Positions 1 to 8,980 of a stretch of 64,000 nt of DNA are shown in pieces. Below the pieces are notes generated by a model. That model did no database searches and had not been told where the DNA came from. It saw only the letters and a list, made by a program, of their open reading frames with translations. Within the stretch, counting starts at the first letter, position 1; each line of letters starts with the position of its first letter. Location: NCBI GenBank assembly GCA_963781165.1, contig CAWADZ010000004.1:33975-97974 (forward strand), given 5' to 3'. The stretch is from an uncultured Alphaproteobacteria bacterium (GTDB taxonomy: Bacteria > Pseudomonadota > Alphaproteobacteria > Sphingomonadales > Sphingomonadaceae). Made by a program: the position numbers and the translations under genes.

Positions 1-293
1 AATGAGATGTTCTCCGGCCGCGCCGTGTAACATTGCTGTTCATTGTTCCCGCCGCCCCAGCAGTCCGCGATCATGTTCCAGCGCGACGTGTCGAGCGCTG
101 CGCCGTCGAAGTCATCGGCCCAGACCAATTGCCATGTGCCGCCCGTGGGGGATGGCGATGGACTGGGCGTGGGGGTCGGCGCGCTGGCAATTGGTGTGCT
201 GGACATCGTGCCCTCGCCGCCGCAGCCGCCAAGCGCCATCGCAGTGACAAGCAGGGCCGCGCCGATTTGGCGCATGGAAACTGGTGTCATCAT
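1..293 (-). CDS. Glycoside hydrolase family 16 lipoprotein (beta-glucanase/laminarinase-like), 5' part only; runs off the window start
   Basis: Not in the ORF track because there is no stop codon in the window. Manual translation from ATG 293: MMTPVSMRQIGAALLVTAMALGGC (lipobox), a PT/PS linker, then WQLVWADDFDGAALDTSRWNMIADCWGGGNNEQQCYTARPEN, the typical GH16 N-terminal pattern. Confidence 0.8.
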   Translation of the reverse strand, partial: MMTPVSMRQIGAALLVTAMALGGCGGEGTMSSTPIASAPTPTPSPSPSPTGGTWQLVWADDFDGAALDTSRWNMIADCWGGGNNEQQCYTARPENIS

Positions 294-407
294 CACATCT
301 TTCTGCCGAGACTTCGCGCAAAACGTCAAGAAAAAGGGCTCCGGCGCTGGAAGTGCGCCGGAGCCCGTGTTTCAAACCCCTGTCCGAGAGGAGCTCCGAC
401 TAATTTA

Positions 408-3400
408 TCAGAAGTCGAACCGGACGAGGAAGGTGTAACGGCGGTCGTTGCGAATGCGGACCGGAATGATCCGCGTGCCCTCGAAATCGAACTACAGAGC
501 TGGTCTGAGTGACTTCGTCCAGAAGGTTCACGCCCTGAACGCCGACTTTGATGTTTTCCGTCAGATCATAGAAGATCGACGCATCAAGCTGGCCGGTGCT
601 CTCTCCGTAAATCGGCGAGAACGGGAAGATCACATCGCGCGGTGTCTGAAGGAATTCTGACCGCCAGTTGTACGCGGCACGAGCAGAGAAGCCGGCAACT
701 TCGTAGAACAACGTCGCATTGACCGTATGTTCCGACATACCGGGCTGCGGCAAATCACCAAACGACATCACCCGAAGATGAGAAGTCGTTCGAGTCGATA
801 TAGGTGTAGGTGAACTGACCACCCAAATGCTGGAGCGGCCCCGGCAGGAATTCCCACACATCCTGATAGGCGAGTTCAACGCCCTGCAGCTTGGCACTAC
901 CGAAGTTGATTGGGCCATTGACTTCTACATCAATTGACACGCCGGAAGGACTGGTGAAGTCGCGGACCGTAGGGCCGAAGCCGAACAGATTGCGGAAGTC
1001 CTTGCGGAAAAACGCAGCCGTGATCGATCCAACATCATCAAAGTAATACTCGATCGACAGATCGTAATTGTCCGATTTCAATCGGGCGCAGCAATCTGTT
1101 GCCGGTATTGATGGCAAACAGCGGTCCAGTTTCGAGCGCGCCCGCCAATTCAAGCGAACGGGTGTTGTCGAAGATCGCACCGCCCGTGCGGAAGTCGGAA
1201 AGATCTGGCCGCGAGATGCCTTGCGAGAAAGCTACGCGCGCCAGCAAACCGTCGCCAAAATCAAGCTTTGCATTAAAGCTGGGGAGCCAGTTTTCGTACA
1301 CGATGTCAGAGCTGTCATCGATGATTTCGCCGGTAAAGGCCGCCGCAAATTCCGCCTGACGCGCTGCGCTTAGCGAACAGTACCCGGGCGCTTGCTGGCC
1401 TGGCTGAACGTTGCCGCAAGCCGCCGCGACTTCAGCGCCAGTTACCGTGCCATTCATATCTGCGTCGAAGAAATCGCCGAACGGGAAGTTGATCTCTCCA
1501 TCGGATTCAGTTGTCGTTTCAACGTAACGCAGGCCAATATTGCCCGACAGTTCCCAGCCGTTGGAGAAATACGTGCCGAAGTCGATACGGGCATAGGCCG
1601 CCTTCGTGGACTCGCTCACGTCGGAGATTTCACCCGGCAGGAAGACCGTGCCGTCCACATTGCCACCGCGTGCGCTGATCGGGAACCATGCGTTAGGGGT
1701 GAGAGTGAAGGCAGTGATCGCGTTGGCCTGACGTGTGACTTCACCGCTCAGATAATCGTCGAGCACATTGTCGCTGCCAAAGAAGAAGGCAGAGCCATTG
1801 CCGAGCGGCACCGGCGCATTGCCGCGCTGGAAGTTGTCACCGAACGGATTGCGCAACGTTTGCAGATTCGGGGAAATCGAACACATATGCGCCGCCACAA
1901 CCGAAGGCCTGGAAATCGCCGCAGTTCCAATTGCCGCCACGACCGGTCCATGGTGCACCAAGGTTGCCCCAGTTGGAGAAGTTGGCGCTGCGGGTTACGC
2001 GATTACGATCGGACCAGCGCGCGCCAAAGCGGGCGGTCTGGAAGAAGCCATCGTCGGAAATGTCATACTCGACATCGCCCTTCAGGCTGTAAAGTTCGCC
2101 TTCGTTGCGAACTTGGTTGTCCAGCAGGAACCAGAAGAGTGTGCGCGCAGGATCGTTGAAATATGCCGCGTCGGAAGTACCGGTGCTGGGATGCAAGGAA
2201 CTGTACACGGGGAGTGTTGCCAGAATTATCAATAAAGATATCGGTATATGTCTGCATCGCAGAGATAAACGCCATCTTCGTCCCGATCAGAGTTAATGAC
2301 CTGGCCTTCAAAAGTGAGGCGCAACCGGTCCGTCAATTCCATATAGACTTCTGCTGAGAAATCCTCGGTCGTCGCTTCATCTTCACGCTGGAAACGCAGA
2401 AGCTCCGTCGGAATGCCGGCAAGCCGCCGTTCGGATTGCCCTGTGTCAGCGTGCCGGTTTCGAAGAATCGAACCATTGAATGTCGGCGTGGTGCCCGGAG
2501 CAATAGTGGGGAACAGAGCGTCGTCGTTGACCAGAGCCCAGCATCGCAAATTCGTTCAACGAACCCTGAGTTTCGGCACGAAGATATTCCAGCGTCAGCA
2601 GGAAACGGCCATCATTGCTTTCGAACTGGCCCACTGCCGAATAGGCCTGACGGTCACGCGTCAGGGCGGTGGTACGCACACCCGCACCCTTGGGCACGAT
2701 GACGGTGCCGGCAGGCGGGAAGTTGCTCGCATCGAAGTTGGGATCGCCGAAATAGCCGCCCGAACCGACATTGACGAGCGCGCAGACAGCCGCTGTCGAG
2801 CGTGTCGGCGCGGTAGCAAGGATCGGTGAGCTGCGATGCGTCTGTGCGCGGTAACAAGTTCCTGCTGCGCATAACCAAGCTGCAGGCCAAAAGTACCGAT
2901 GCCGGTTTCAAAGGTGTTGGACACCAGGACGGAGAAGCCTGGCGACCACTCTTCGGCCAGATCGCCGTAGTTGCCTTCGATCGTTCCAGCAATCTGCAGG
3001 CCTGGATTGTCGAGCGGCTTACGCGTCACGAGGTTGACGAGGCCGGAAATATTCGCCCTCGATCATGTCGGCGCTGATGTTCTTGTAGACTTCGACGCGG
3101 CCCAGAAGCTCAGGCGACACATCGTTGAACGAAAGCGTACGACCGCCATTGGCCGAGAAAATGTCACGGCCGTTCAAGTTCGAAAGAACATATGGCAGGC
3201 CGCGGATGATTACGTTGGAACCTTCGACCGAGAAACGGTCAGGGTCATCGCGCTGCTCAAAGCGGGAGATGTTGACGCCAGGCACGCGCTGCAGCGCTTC
3301 TGCAACGGAGCGGTCAGCCAGTGCGCCAATATCTTCGGCTGTGATCACATCGACGAACAGTGTCGGCGTTTTCCTTGAAATCCTGCGCACTTTCGAGCGA

Positions 3401-3583
3401 GGCACGGAAGCCGCTGACGATGATAGTGTTTTCGGAAGCAGGATCGACCTGCTCTTCCGCATCTTCATCACCCGGCGCGTCCTGCGCAAGAGCAACACCG
3501 GGAACCGCGGCAACCAGCGCAATACTGGACACGGTGGCAAGCGTACGGACACGGTTGGTCGACATGATTATGGATTTGCGCAC
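408..3583 (-). pseudogene. TonB-dependent receptor (sugar-uptake type, ~1054 aa if repaired), split by at least 11 net +1 frameshifts; probably sequencing errors rather than a true pseudogene
   Basis: Fragments across the ORF track join into one TBDR: signal peptide, IIVSGFRASL TonB-box region, plug (VITAEDIGALADRSVAEALQRVPGV), barrel (SDNYDLSIEYYF) and C-terminus (NDRRYTFLVRFDF*, TGA at 408-410). 3176 bp minus 11 is exactly 1055 codons. GGGGAG RBS lies before GTG 3583. Confidence 0.85.
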
Positions 3584-3677
3584 TGTTTTCTCCCCTTCGG
3601 TGTGGGATTGTATTTCCCAATTGCACCGGCACTATAGACACCCCGTAGACCGAGGTTTGACTGTCACATATCAAAGA

Positions 3678-3714
3678 TGTGATCGTTCACAAGACTTAAA
3701 ATGAACGTTCACAA
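3678..3714. promoter_or_regulatory. Two tandem LacI-family-type operators between the divergent TBDR and halogenase genes
   Basis: TGTGATCGTTCACA (3678-3691) and TGAACGTTCACAA (3702-3714, containing the perfect palindrome TGAACGTTCA). Both have a central CG and their cores are 22 bp apart. They resemble the symmetric lac operator TGTGAGCGCTCACA. Confidence 0.6.
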
Positions 3715-3825
3715 TCCTGCATCCCTAGTGTAACATTTTTGCAAACATGGACCTTTGGAGGCGATCTTGCCCCCTATGCCGGAACAGCCGGACGGGGTAT
3801 TGACCCTGCAGGAGAGATTTTCGCA

Positions 3826-5334
3826 ATGGCAATCAAACATATCGTTATCGTCGGCGGCGGCACTGCTGGCTGGATGGCCGCAGCTGCATTGTCCCGCCTG
3901 CGCACCGGGCGAGAGCTGCAGATCACGCTGGTCGAGAGCGAGGCCATTGGTACGGTCGGAGTTGGTGAAGCAACCATTCCGCCATTTGTGGACTTTCAGC
4001 GCCTTCTGGAAATCGACGAAGCCGAGATGATGGCCGCCGTGCAAGGTTCGTTCAAACTGGGCATCCAGTTCGTCAACTGGGGCAATATTGGCGACAGCTA
4101 CATCCACCCGTTCGGCAATTACGGCTACGAGATGGGCGGCATGTCCTTCCACCATGTCTGGCACCACCACGCCAATAATGGGGACAAGCGGCCGATCCAG
4201 GTTTTCAATGCGGAAACCATGGCCGCCTATTTCGGCAAATTTGCCAAGACCGATGATCTGCGCCGCGACGATCTGCCGCCGATCAATTTCGCCTATCATA
4301 TCAACGCAACAGCCTATGCCGGCTTCCTGCGCAAATACGCTGAAAAGCGCGGCGTGGTGCGGCAGGAAGGCCGGATCAATGACGTGAAGCTGGACGGCGA
4401 AAGCGGATTTGTCTCCTCCATCACGCTGGAAAGCGGACAGGAAATAAGCGGTGATCTGTTTGTCGATTGCTCCGGCTTTCGCGGACTGCTGATCGAGCAG
4501 GCTCTGGAAACCGGGTATGAGGAATGGACCCAGTGGCTGCCGTGCAACCGCGCCGTGGCCCTGCCCTGCAACCGTGACGATGGCAGCCCGCCGCCGCCCT
4601 TCACCAAGGCAACGGCCCACCCCGCCGGCTGGCAATGGCAAGTGCCGCTGCAGCACCGCAACGGCAATGGCCATGTCTATTGCGACGCGTTCATGGAAGC
4701 GGACGAGGCGACCGACATCCTGATCCAGAACATGGCCGGCAAGCCCACGGCAGAGCCGAACCATTTGCGTTTCACGACCGGGCGGCGCAAGAAATTCTGG
4801 AACAAGAATGTGGTCGCTCTGGGCCTTGCGGGCGGCTTTATGGAACCGCTGGAATCAACCTCGATCCACCTCATCAATACCGGTATCAACAAGCTTATCG
4901 CGCTGATCTCGATGGACGGGGTGACAGAGGCTCAGGCGCAATCGTTCAACCGGCTGACAACCAAGGAATATGAGCGCATTCGCGACTTCCTCATCCTCCA
5001 CTACCACGCCACCAGCCGAACCGATTCCGAATTCTGGAATTACTGCCGCACCATGAGCGTGCCCGACAGCCTGACCGAGAAGATGGAGCTGTTCAAATTG
5101 AATGGGCAAATCTTCCGCGAGGATGACGAGCTGTTTACCGAGACCAGCTGGGCTGCCGTCATGATGGGGCAAGGCATTTCCATGGTCGGCGAAAATGCGA
5201 TGGCTGCAACGCTGGATCCGGTAGAAACGCGCAAGGAACTTGACGAGATTGAAAAATCGGTCCGCTTTCTGGTGCAGCATATGCCGGGACACGGCGAATA
5301 TCTGGCGAAGTACTGCCCCGCCCCAGCGGCTTGA
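3826..5334 (+). CDS. Flavin-dependent (tryptophan-halogenase family) halogenase
   Basis: GGGTAG FAD motif, catalytic Lys in GSFKLGIQFVNW, WQWQVP (WxWxIP-like) and FMEPLESTSI. Start placed at ATG 3826 (MAIKHIVIVGGG) after GGAG. Confidence 0.9.
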   Translation: MAIKHIVIVGGGTAGWMAAAALSRLRTGRELQITLVESEAIGTVGVGEATIPPFVDFQRLLEIDEAEMMAAVQGSFKLGIQFVNWGNIGDSYIHPFGNYGYEMGGMSFHHVWHHHANNGDKRPIQVFNAETMAAYFGKFAKTDDLRRDDLPPINFAYHINATAYAGFLRKYAEKRGVVRQEGRINDVKLDGESGFVSSITLESGQEISGDLFVDCSGFRGLLIEQALETGYEEWTQWLPCNRAVALPCNRDDGSPPPPFTKATAHPAGWQWQVPLQHRNGNGHVYCDAFMEADEATDILIQNMAGKPTAEPNHLRFTTGRRKKFWNKNVVALGLAGGFMEPLESTSIHLINTGINKLIALISMDGVTEAQAQSFNRLTTKEYERIRDFLILHYHATSRTDSEFWNYCRTMSVPDSLTEKMELFKLNGQIFREDDELFTETSWAAVMMGQGISMVGENAMAATLDPVETRKELDEIEKSVRFLVQHMPGHGEYLAKYCPAPAA

Positions 5335-5382
5335 GAGCGCGCAATTGGCGCGATTGCCAACGCGGCACGATTTTGGCCGTGC

Positions 5383-5400
5383 TTGTCATAACTGAGTCAA
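5383..5400 (+). promoter_or_regulatory. Pho-box-like direct repeat upstream of the PhoB-like regulator
   Basis: TTGTCAT-AACT-GAGTCAA, 11-bp period, versus consensus CTGTCAT-N4-CTGTCAY. Confidence 0.5.
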
Positions 5401-5445
5401 ATTTGCCCGCCACCTGAGAAACTCTTGAACAGGGTTTCCAGCTAC

Positions 5446-6126
5446 ATGCACCGCGTCAGCATTTTCACGACCAATAACAAGGCGGCCAATTTCGAAGACT
5501 TCAGCCATGGCGAAGTCCGGTACCGCTTCGCCTTGCTCACGCCGGAAGGTCCAAGGCAGCTGGTCGAAGACGACAGCTGGGCTTTCGTCGATTGGGTGAT
5601 GGACGATCTGTCCGGCCTTGAAATGGTGCGCCGCCTGCGCGCCGATCCGCGCATGGCCGACGCCCATATCACCATGGTGCTGGAAGAGGATGACGCCGAA
5701 GACCGGCGCCGATCCTTGAAAGCAGGGGCCGACGATTACGCGGTTGCGCCGCTGGACCGGCAAGGCATGCTCGACCGCGTTCTGGCTCTTGATACAAGAG
5801 ACCGCCGGCTAACGGCCGACAAGCTGATCACGCTGGGCGATCTTGTCATCAATTCCGGCAGCGAGCAGGCTCGCTGGAAAGGCGAACGGATTGCACTGCG
5901 TCCCAACGAATTTCGCGTTCTGCGCTATTTCGCCGAAAATCCCGATCGCCTGTTCTCCCGGCAGGAACTGATCGAGGCGCTGGGCAAGGAAGGCGATCCG
6001 GAATATCTGCGCACCGTTGACGTCTGGATCAAGCGCCTGCGGTTCGGCCTGCGCGAAATCGGGGCGGGCGATCTGCTGCGCACCGTCCACGGCAAGGGCT
6101 ACGTTTTCGACACGCCAGAAACCTGA
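5446..6126 (+). CDS. OmpR/PhoB-family response regulator, PhoB-like, with atypical (pseudo-)receiver domain
   Basis: The winged helix has RTVDVWIKRLR and LRTVHGKGY. The receiver keeps VDW and GADDY but lacks the acidic pocket and the conserved Thr and Lys (YAVAPL). Confidence 0.85.
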   Translation: MHRVSIFTTNNKAANFEDFSHGEVRYRFALLTPEGPRQLVEDDSWAFVDWVMDDLSGLEMVRRLRADPRMADAHITMVLEEDDAEDRRRSLKAGADDYAVAPLDRQGMLDRVLALDTRDRRLTADKLITLGDLVINSGSEQARWKGERIALRPNEFRVLRYFAENPDRLFSRQELIEALGKEGDPEYLRTVDVWIKRLRFGLREIGAGDLLRTVHGKGYVFDTPET

Positions 6127-6166
6127 CAACAGGCGCGGACACTAAAAGCGCATCGCCCGATCTGGG

Positions 6167-8866
6167 TTAGAATGTAATCGAAAGTGATGCGCCGATGGTC
6201 GTGCCGACATCGTAGGTGTTAATCTCTGCGCGGTCGATTCCGTTGGTCTGGAATTCCTCGTTTCCGCGACCAAAGATATTGCGCGCTTCCACTTTGATTT
6301 CAGCATCTGTGCCCAGCAGGTCCAGTCCCTGACGGAAAACCAGATCGACCCGCAGGCCGGGATCTTCCAGGATGTCGGGCAATCCCGATGTGCCCCTGCT
6401 GGTTACACGTTCGGTGGCATAATTCAGCAGCACGGTGAATTGCTGAAGCTGGTCGACGTCTTCCAGGCTGACCTGGAAATTGGCGAGATGATCAGATTGC
6501 CCCGTCAGCGGAACACCGTCGATAAAAAGGTTGGTGGCAGGCGTTGCGCCGCCGGGGAACAGCAGCGTTGTGTCTGCGGCATCAACGGTGATTTCCGAAC
6601 TGGTCCAGGTGTAGTTGGCAAATATCGCCAGTTCCTTGCTTTCGAAGAAGCCGCCAAGATTAACCAGGTCCACCGTGTACGCCAGGTCAGCTTCGATGCC
6701 GTAAAGCGTCGCATTGGGGGCATTTGCAAAACTGGTCAGCTGCGCATTGTCGGAAAAGCTCGAGAACGCCTCGATCGGGTTCTTGATATCCTTGTAGAAG
6801 CCCGCAACGGAAATGCGATCCTGCCGCCCGAGATAATGTTCGACGCGCACTTCGTAATTGGTCAGTTCGCTATCGATCAACAGCGGATTGCCGTTGAACT
6901 GGCGGTTCGTTTCAGGATCATAATATGTCTGGAAAATCAGCTCGCGAAACTGCGGGCGTGCAATGGTTCGCGACGCGGCTGCGCGAAGCTGAACATCCTC
7001 GATGGGTTCGAGCGTAACAGTCGCCGCGGGCAGCCAGTACTCGTTCTGCAAATTGGTTGTCGCACCTGTGCCTGTGACAACATCGAATACCTGCGCGGCA
7101 GCCACAGTCTGCACCGCTTCTTCATAACGAACTCCGGCATCGATGCTGAAGCCATCGAAGGGCTCCCAATTGATCTTTCCGTATCCGGCATGCACTTCCA
7201 GCGCGGCATCGAAGGCCGGGTCGGACTGGGTCGATTCGATCAGCCCGATGTCGTAAAATTCGATGATGGCATCACCCAGCAAGAGATCCGGGCGGAAGTT
7301 GCCGACAACGTCGGGAAAACTGGTCGGCGCGTTGAACAGGAATTCGCGGCGTTCCGAAAAACGTTCCGTGTCACTGTAGGCATAACCGACAGTCACGGCG
7401 AGGCTGTCAAACAGCGGATAGCTGAGATCGATCCCACCCGACCAAAGCTCTTCCTGCAGATCGGAAAATACAACCGAAGCATCGCCCGTCTGGCGGTCCA
7501 GCACGTTAATGAAGGAGTTGCTGAATTCACCGTTCGCATTGTCGCGCACATAGGTGAATGTATACTCGAATGGCGCTTCACGGTCGGTGCGGGCGTAACC
7601 ACCGCGCAGGTCAACACCCAGATCGCCAAATTCCAGCTCTGCCACCAGCTGGCTATCGATCAGCTGTCGTTCGAACCAGCCAGTCTGCTGCTGCTGGATA
7701 CTGTCATCATCCTGAAAATCCTCGCCCTGCGAAAGGCGGGCTAGCTTCAGTGTGTCGCGGATAAACAAATTGGTGAAACGGAACTGGTGATCGCCAATCT
7801 CAAGTCCGATGCCGAGCATCGCGTTGGCCAGAATGCGGTTGTCGGTCACGAGATCATTGAAATCGCTATCGAAGGAAAAGTCCGCCAGTACAGATTGCGA
7901 CGTAATGTCGCGGGTGCGCCATTTGTTGCTGATGGAACCGGTGAGGACGAACCCCAGGACTCCGTCGCTTCCGACATCGACCGATGTCCCTGCAGTCAGG
8001 CTGGCGGACCAGTTTGCCGGGATATCGCCAATCTTCTGCAGCAGCACGAGATTGGGATTGCCCAGCTGGAAAGCGATATCCGCCTGCGTGACCGGGGCAT
8101 CATTGAAATTTTGAGCGGAATCGAGCGGAATGTCGCTCAATTGCAGGCCACTGCCGAAATAGGTCTGAAGCGCGGGCGGTGCATCGCGCGTGCCATCGTC
8201 GAAGCCGAACCAGTCGTAATCGGAACCGTAATAGGAAATGCCGTTGTGGAAGGTGGTTTCCGTATTGCCGCTGATGCTGCCGCCAACGGTCAGGAAGCTT
8301 TCATCGGGAATCGCGCGGGTGGTCAGATTAATAACGCCGCCGCCAAACTCGCCGGGAAAGTTGGCCGAATAGGTTTTTTGAACAAGGCTGGACGCCACAA
8401 CGTTGGTCGGGAAAATGTCCAATGGCACAACGCGGCTGAGCGGCTGCGGCGAAGGCAGTGGCAGGCCGTTCAGCAGGGCCAGCGAATACCTGTCGCCAAG
8501 GCCGCGGACATAGACGAATCCCGCACCCTGAACGGAAAGGCCTGTCACCCGTCCCAGCGCGCCAGCGATATCGCCCTCGCCGGTTCGCGCGATTTGCTCG
8601 GTCGAAAGAACACTGACGACTTGAGAGGAATTCTGCACCGGATCACGGTTGATGCGGCCGGTCACGATGATTGAACCGCCGGGGACGGAAATGTCAGGCT
8701 GTTGCTGTTCGTCATCCTCCGGATCGGCCGCCTGGGCATCGGCAGCCTGGTCATCGACATCCTGCTGCGGCGGCGAGCCGGCATCCTGCGCGAATGCCGC
8801 AGCCGGAAATGTCAGCGCAGTTGAAAGGAGCAGCAGTGCCGCCAGCTGGTTGCCAGTGGTCTTCAT
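6167..8866 (-). CDS. TonB-dependent receptor (~899 aa)
   Basis: Signal peptide, IIVTGR, plug (GDIAGALGRVTGLSV; YVRGLGDRYS; LDIFP), barrel, C-terminal Phe (SITF). GAGGG RBS before ATG 8866. Confidence 0.92.
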   Translation of the reverse strand: MKTTGNQLAALLLLSTALTFPAAAFAQDAGSPPQQDVDDQAADAQAADPEDDEQQQPDISVPGGSIIVTGRINRDPVQNSSQVVSVLSTEQIARTGEGDIAGALGRVTGLSVQGAGFVYVRGLGDRYSLALLNGLPLPSPQPLSRVVPLDIFPTNVVASSLVQKTYSANFPGEFGGGVINLTTRAIPDESFLTVGGSISGNTETTFHNGISYYGSDYDWFGFDDGTRDAPPALQTYFGSGLQLSDIPLDSAQNFNDAPVTQADIAFQLGNPNLVLLQKIGDIPANWSASLTAGTSVDVGSDGVLGFVLTGSISNKWRTRDITSQSVLADFSFDSDFNDLVTDNRILANAMLGIGLEIGDHQFRFTNLFIRDTLKLARLSQGEDFQDDDSIQQQQTGWFERQLIDSQLVAELEFGDLGVDLRGGYARTDREAPFEYTFTYVRDNANGEFSNSFINVLDRQTGDASVVFSDLQEELWSGGIDLSYPLFDSLAVTVGYAYSDTERFSERREFLFNAPTSFPDVVGNFRPDLLLGDAIIEFYDIGLIESTQSDPAFDAALEVHAGYGKINWEPFDGFSIDAGVRYEEAVQTVAAAQVFDVVTGTGATTNLQNEYWLPAATVTLEPIEDVQLRAAASRTIARPQFRELIFQTYYDPETNRQFNGNPLLIDSELTNYEVRVEHYLGRQDRISVAGFYKDIKNPIEAFSSFSDNAQLTSFANAPNATLYGIEADLAYTVDLVNLGGFFESKELAIFANYTWTSSEITVDAADTTLLFPGGATPATNLFIDGVPLTGQSDHLANFQVSLEDVDQLQQFTVLLNYATERVTSRGTSGLPDILEDPGLRVDLVFRQGLDLLGTDAEIKVEARNIFGRGNEEFQTNGIDRAEINTYDVGTTIGASLSITF

Positions 8867-8928
8867 CGGGAAATCCCTCATGGTACGATCCGGTATTTTG
8901 CGCGGGCCGGAAAGGCCTTCACGCAGGG

Positions 8929-8971
8929 AAAAGGGGGCGCGCGCCGGACAATTGCCAAGACGCGCACCCCC
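8929..8971 (-). terminator. Intra-operon hairpin with U-tract between the lipoprotein and TBDR genes
   Basis: Minus-strand RNA GGGGGUGCGCG...CGCGCGCCCCC-UUUU: an 11-bp stem with one G-U pair. Confidence 0.55.
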
Positions 8972-8980
8972 TCCAGTGCC

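Noticed and set aside
408-3583. Programmed frameshifting or phase variation of the TBDR
   Set aside because: Eleven or more shifts at unrelated, mostly non-homopolymer contexts cannot be recoded; error or decay is far more parsimonious.
1392-8674. Long + strand ORFs opposite the TBDRs (e.g. 1392-2159, 6440-7744, 7787-8674) and similar antisense ORFs elsewhere
   Set aside because: They are shadow ORFs typical of GC-rich coding DNA, with no motifs, no RBS and full overlap with well-supported genes.
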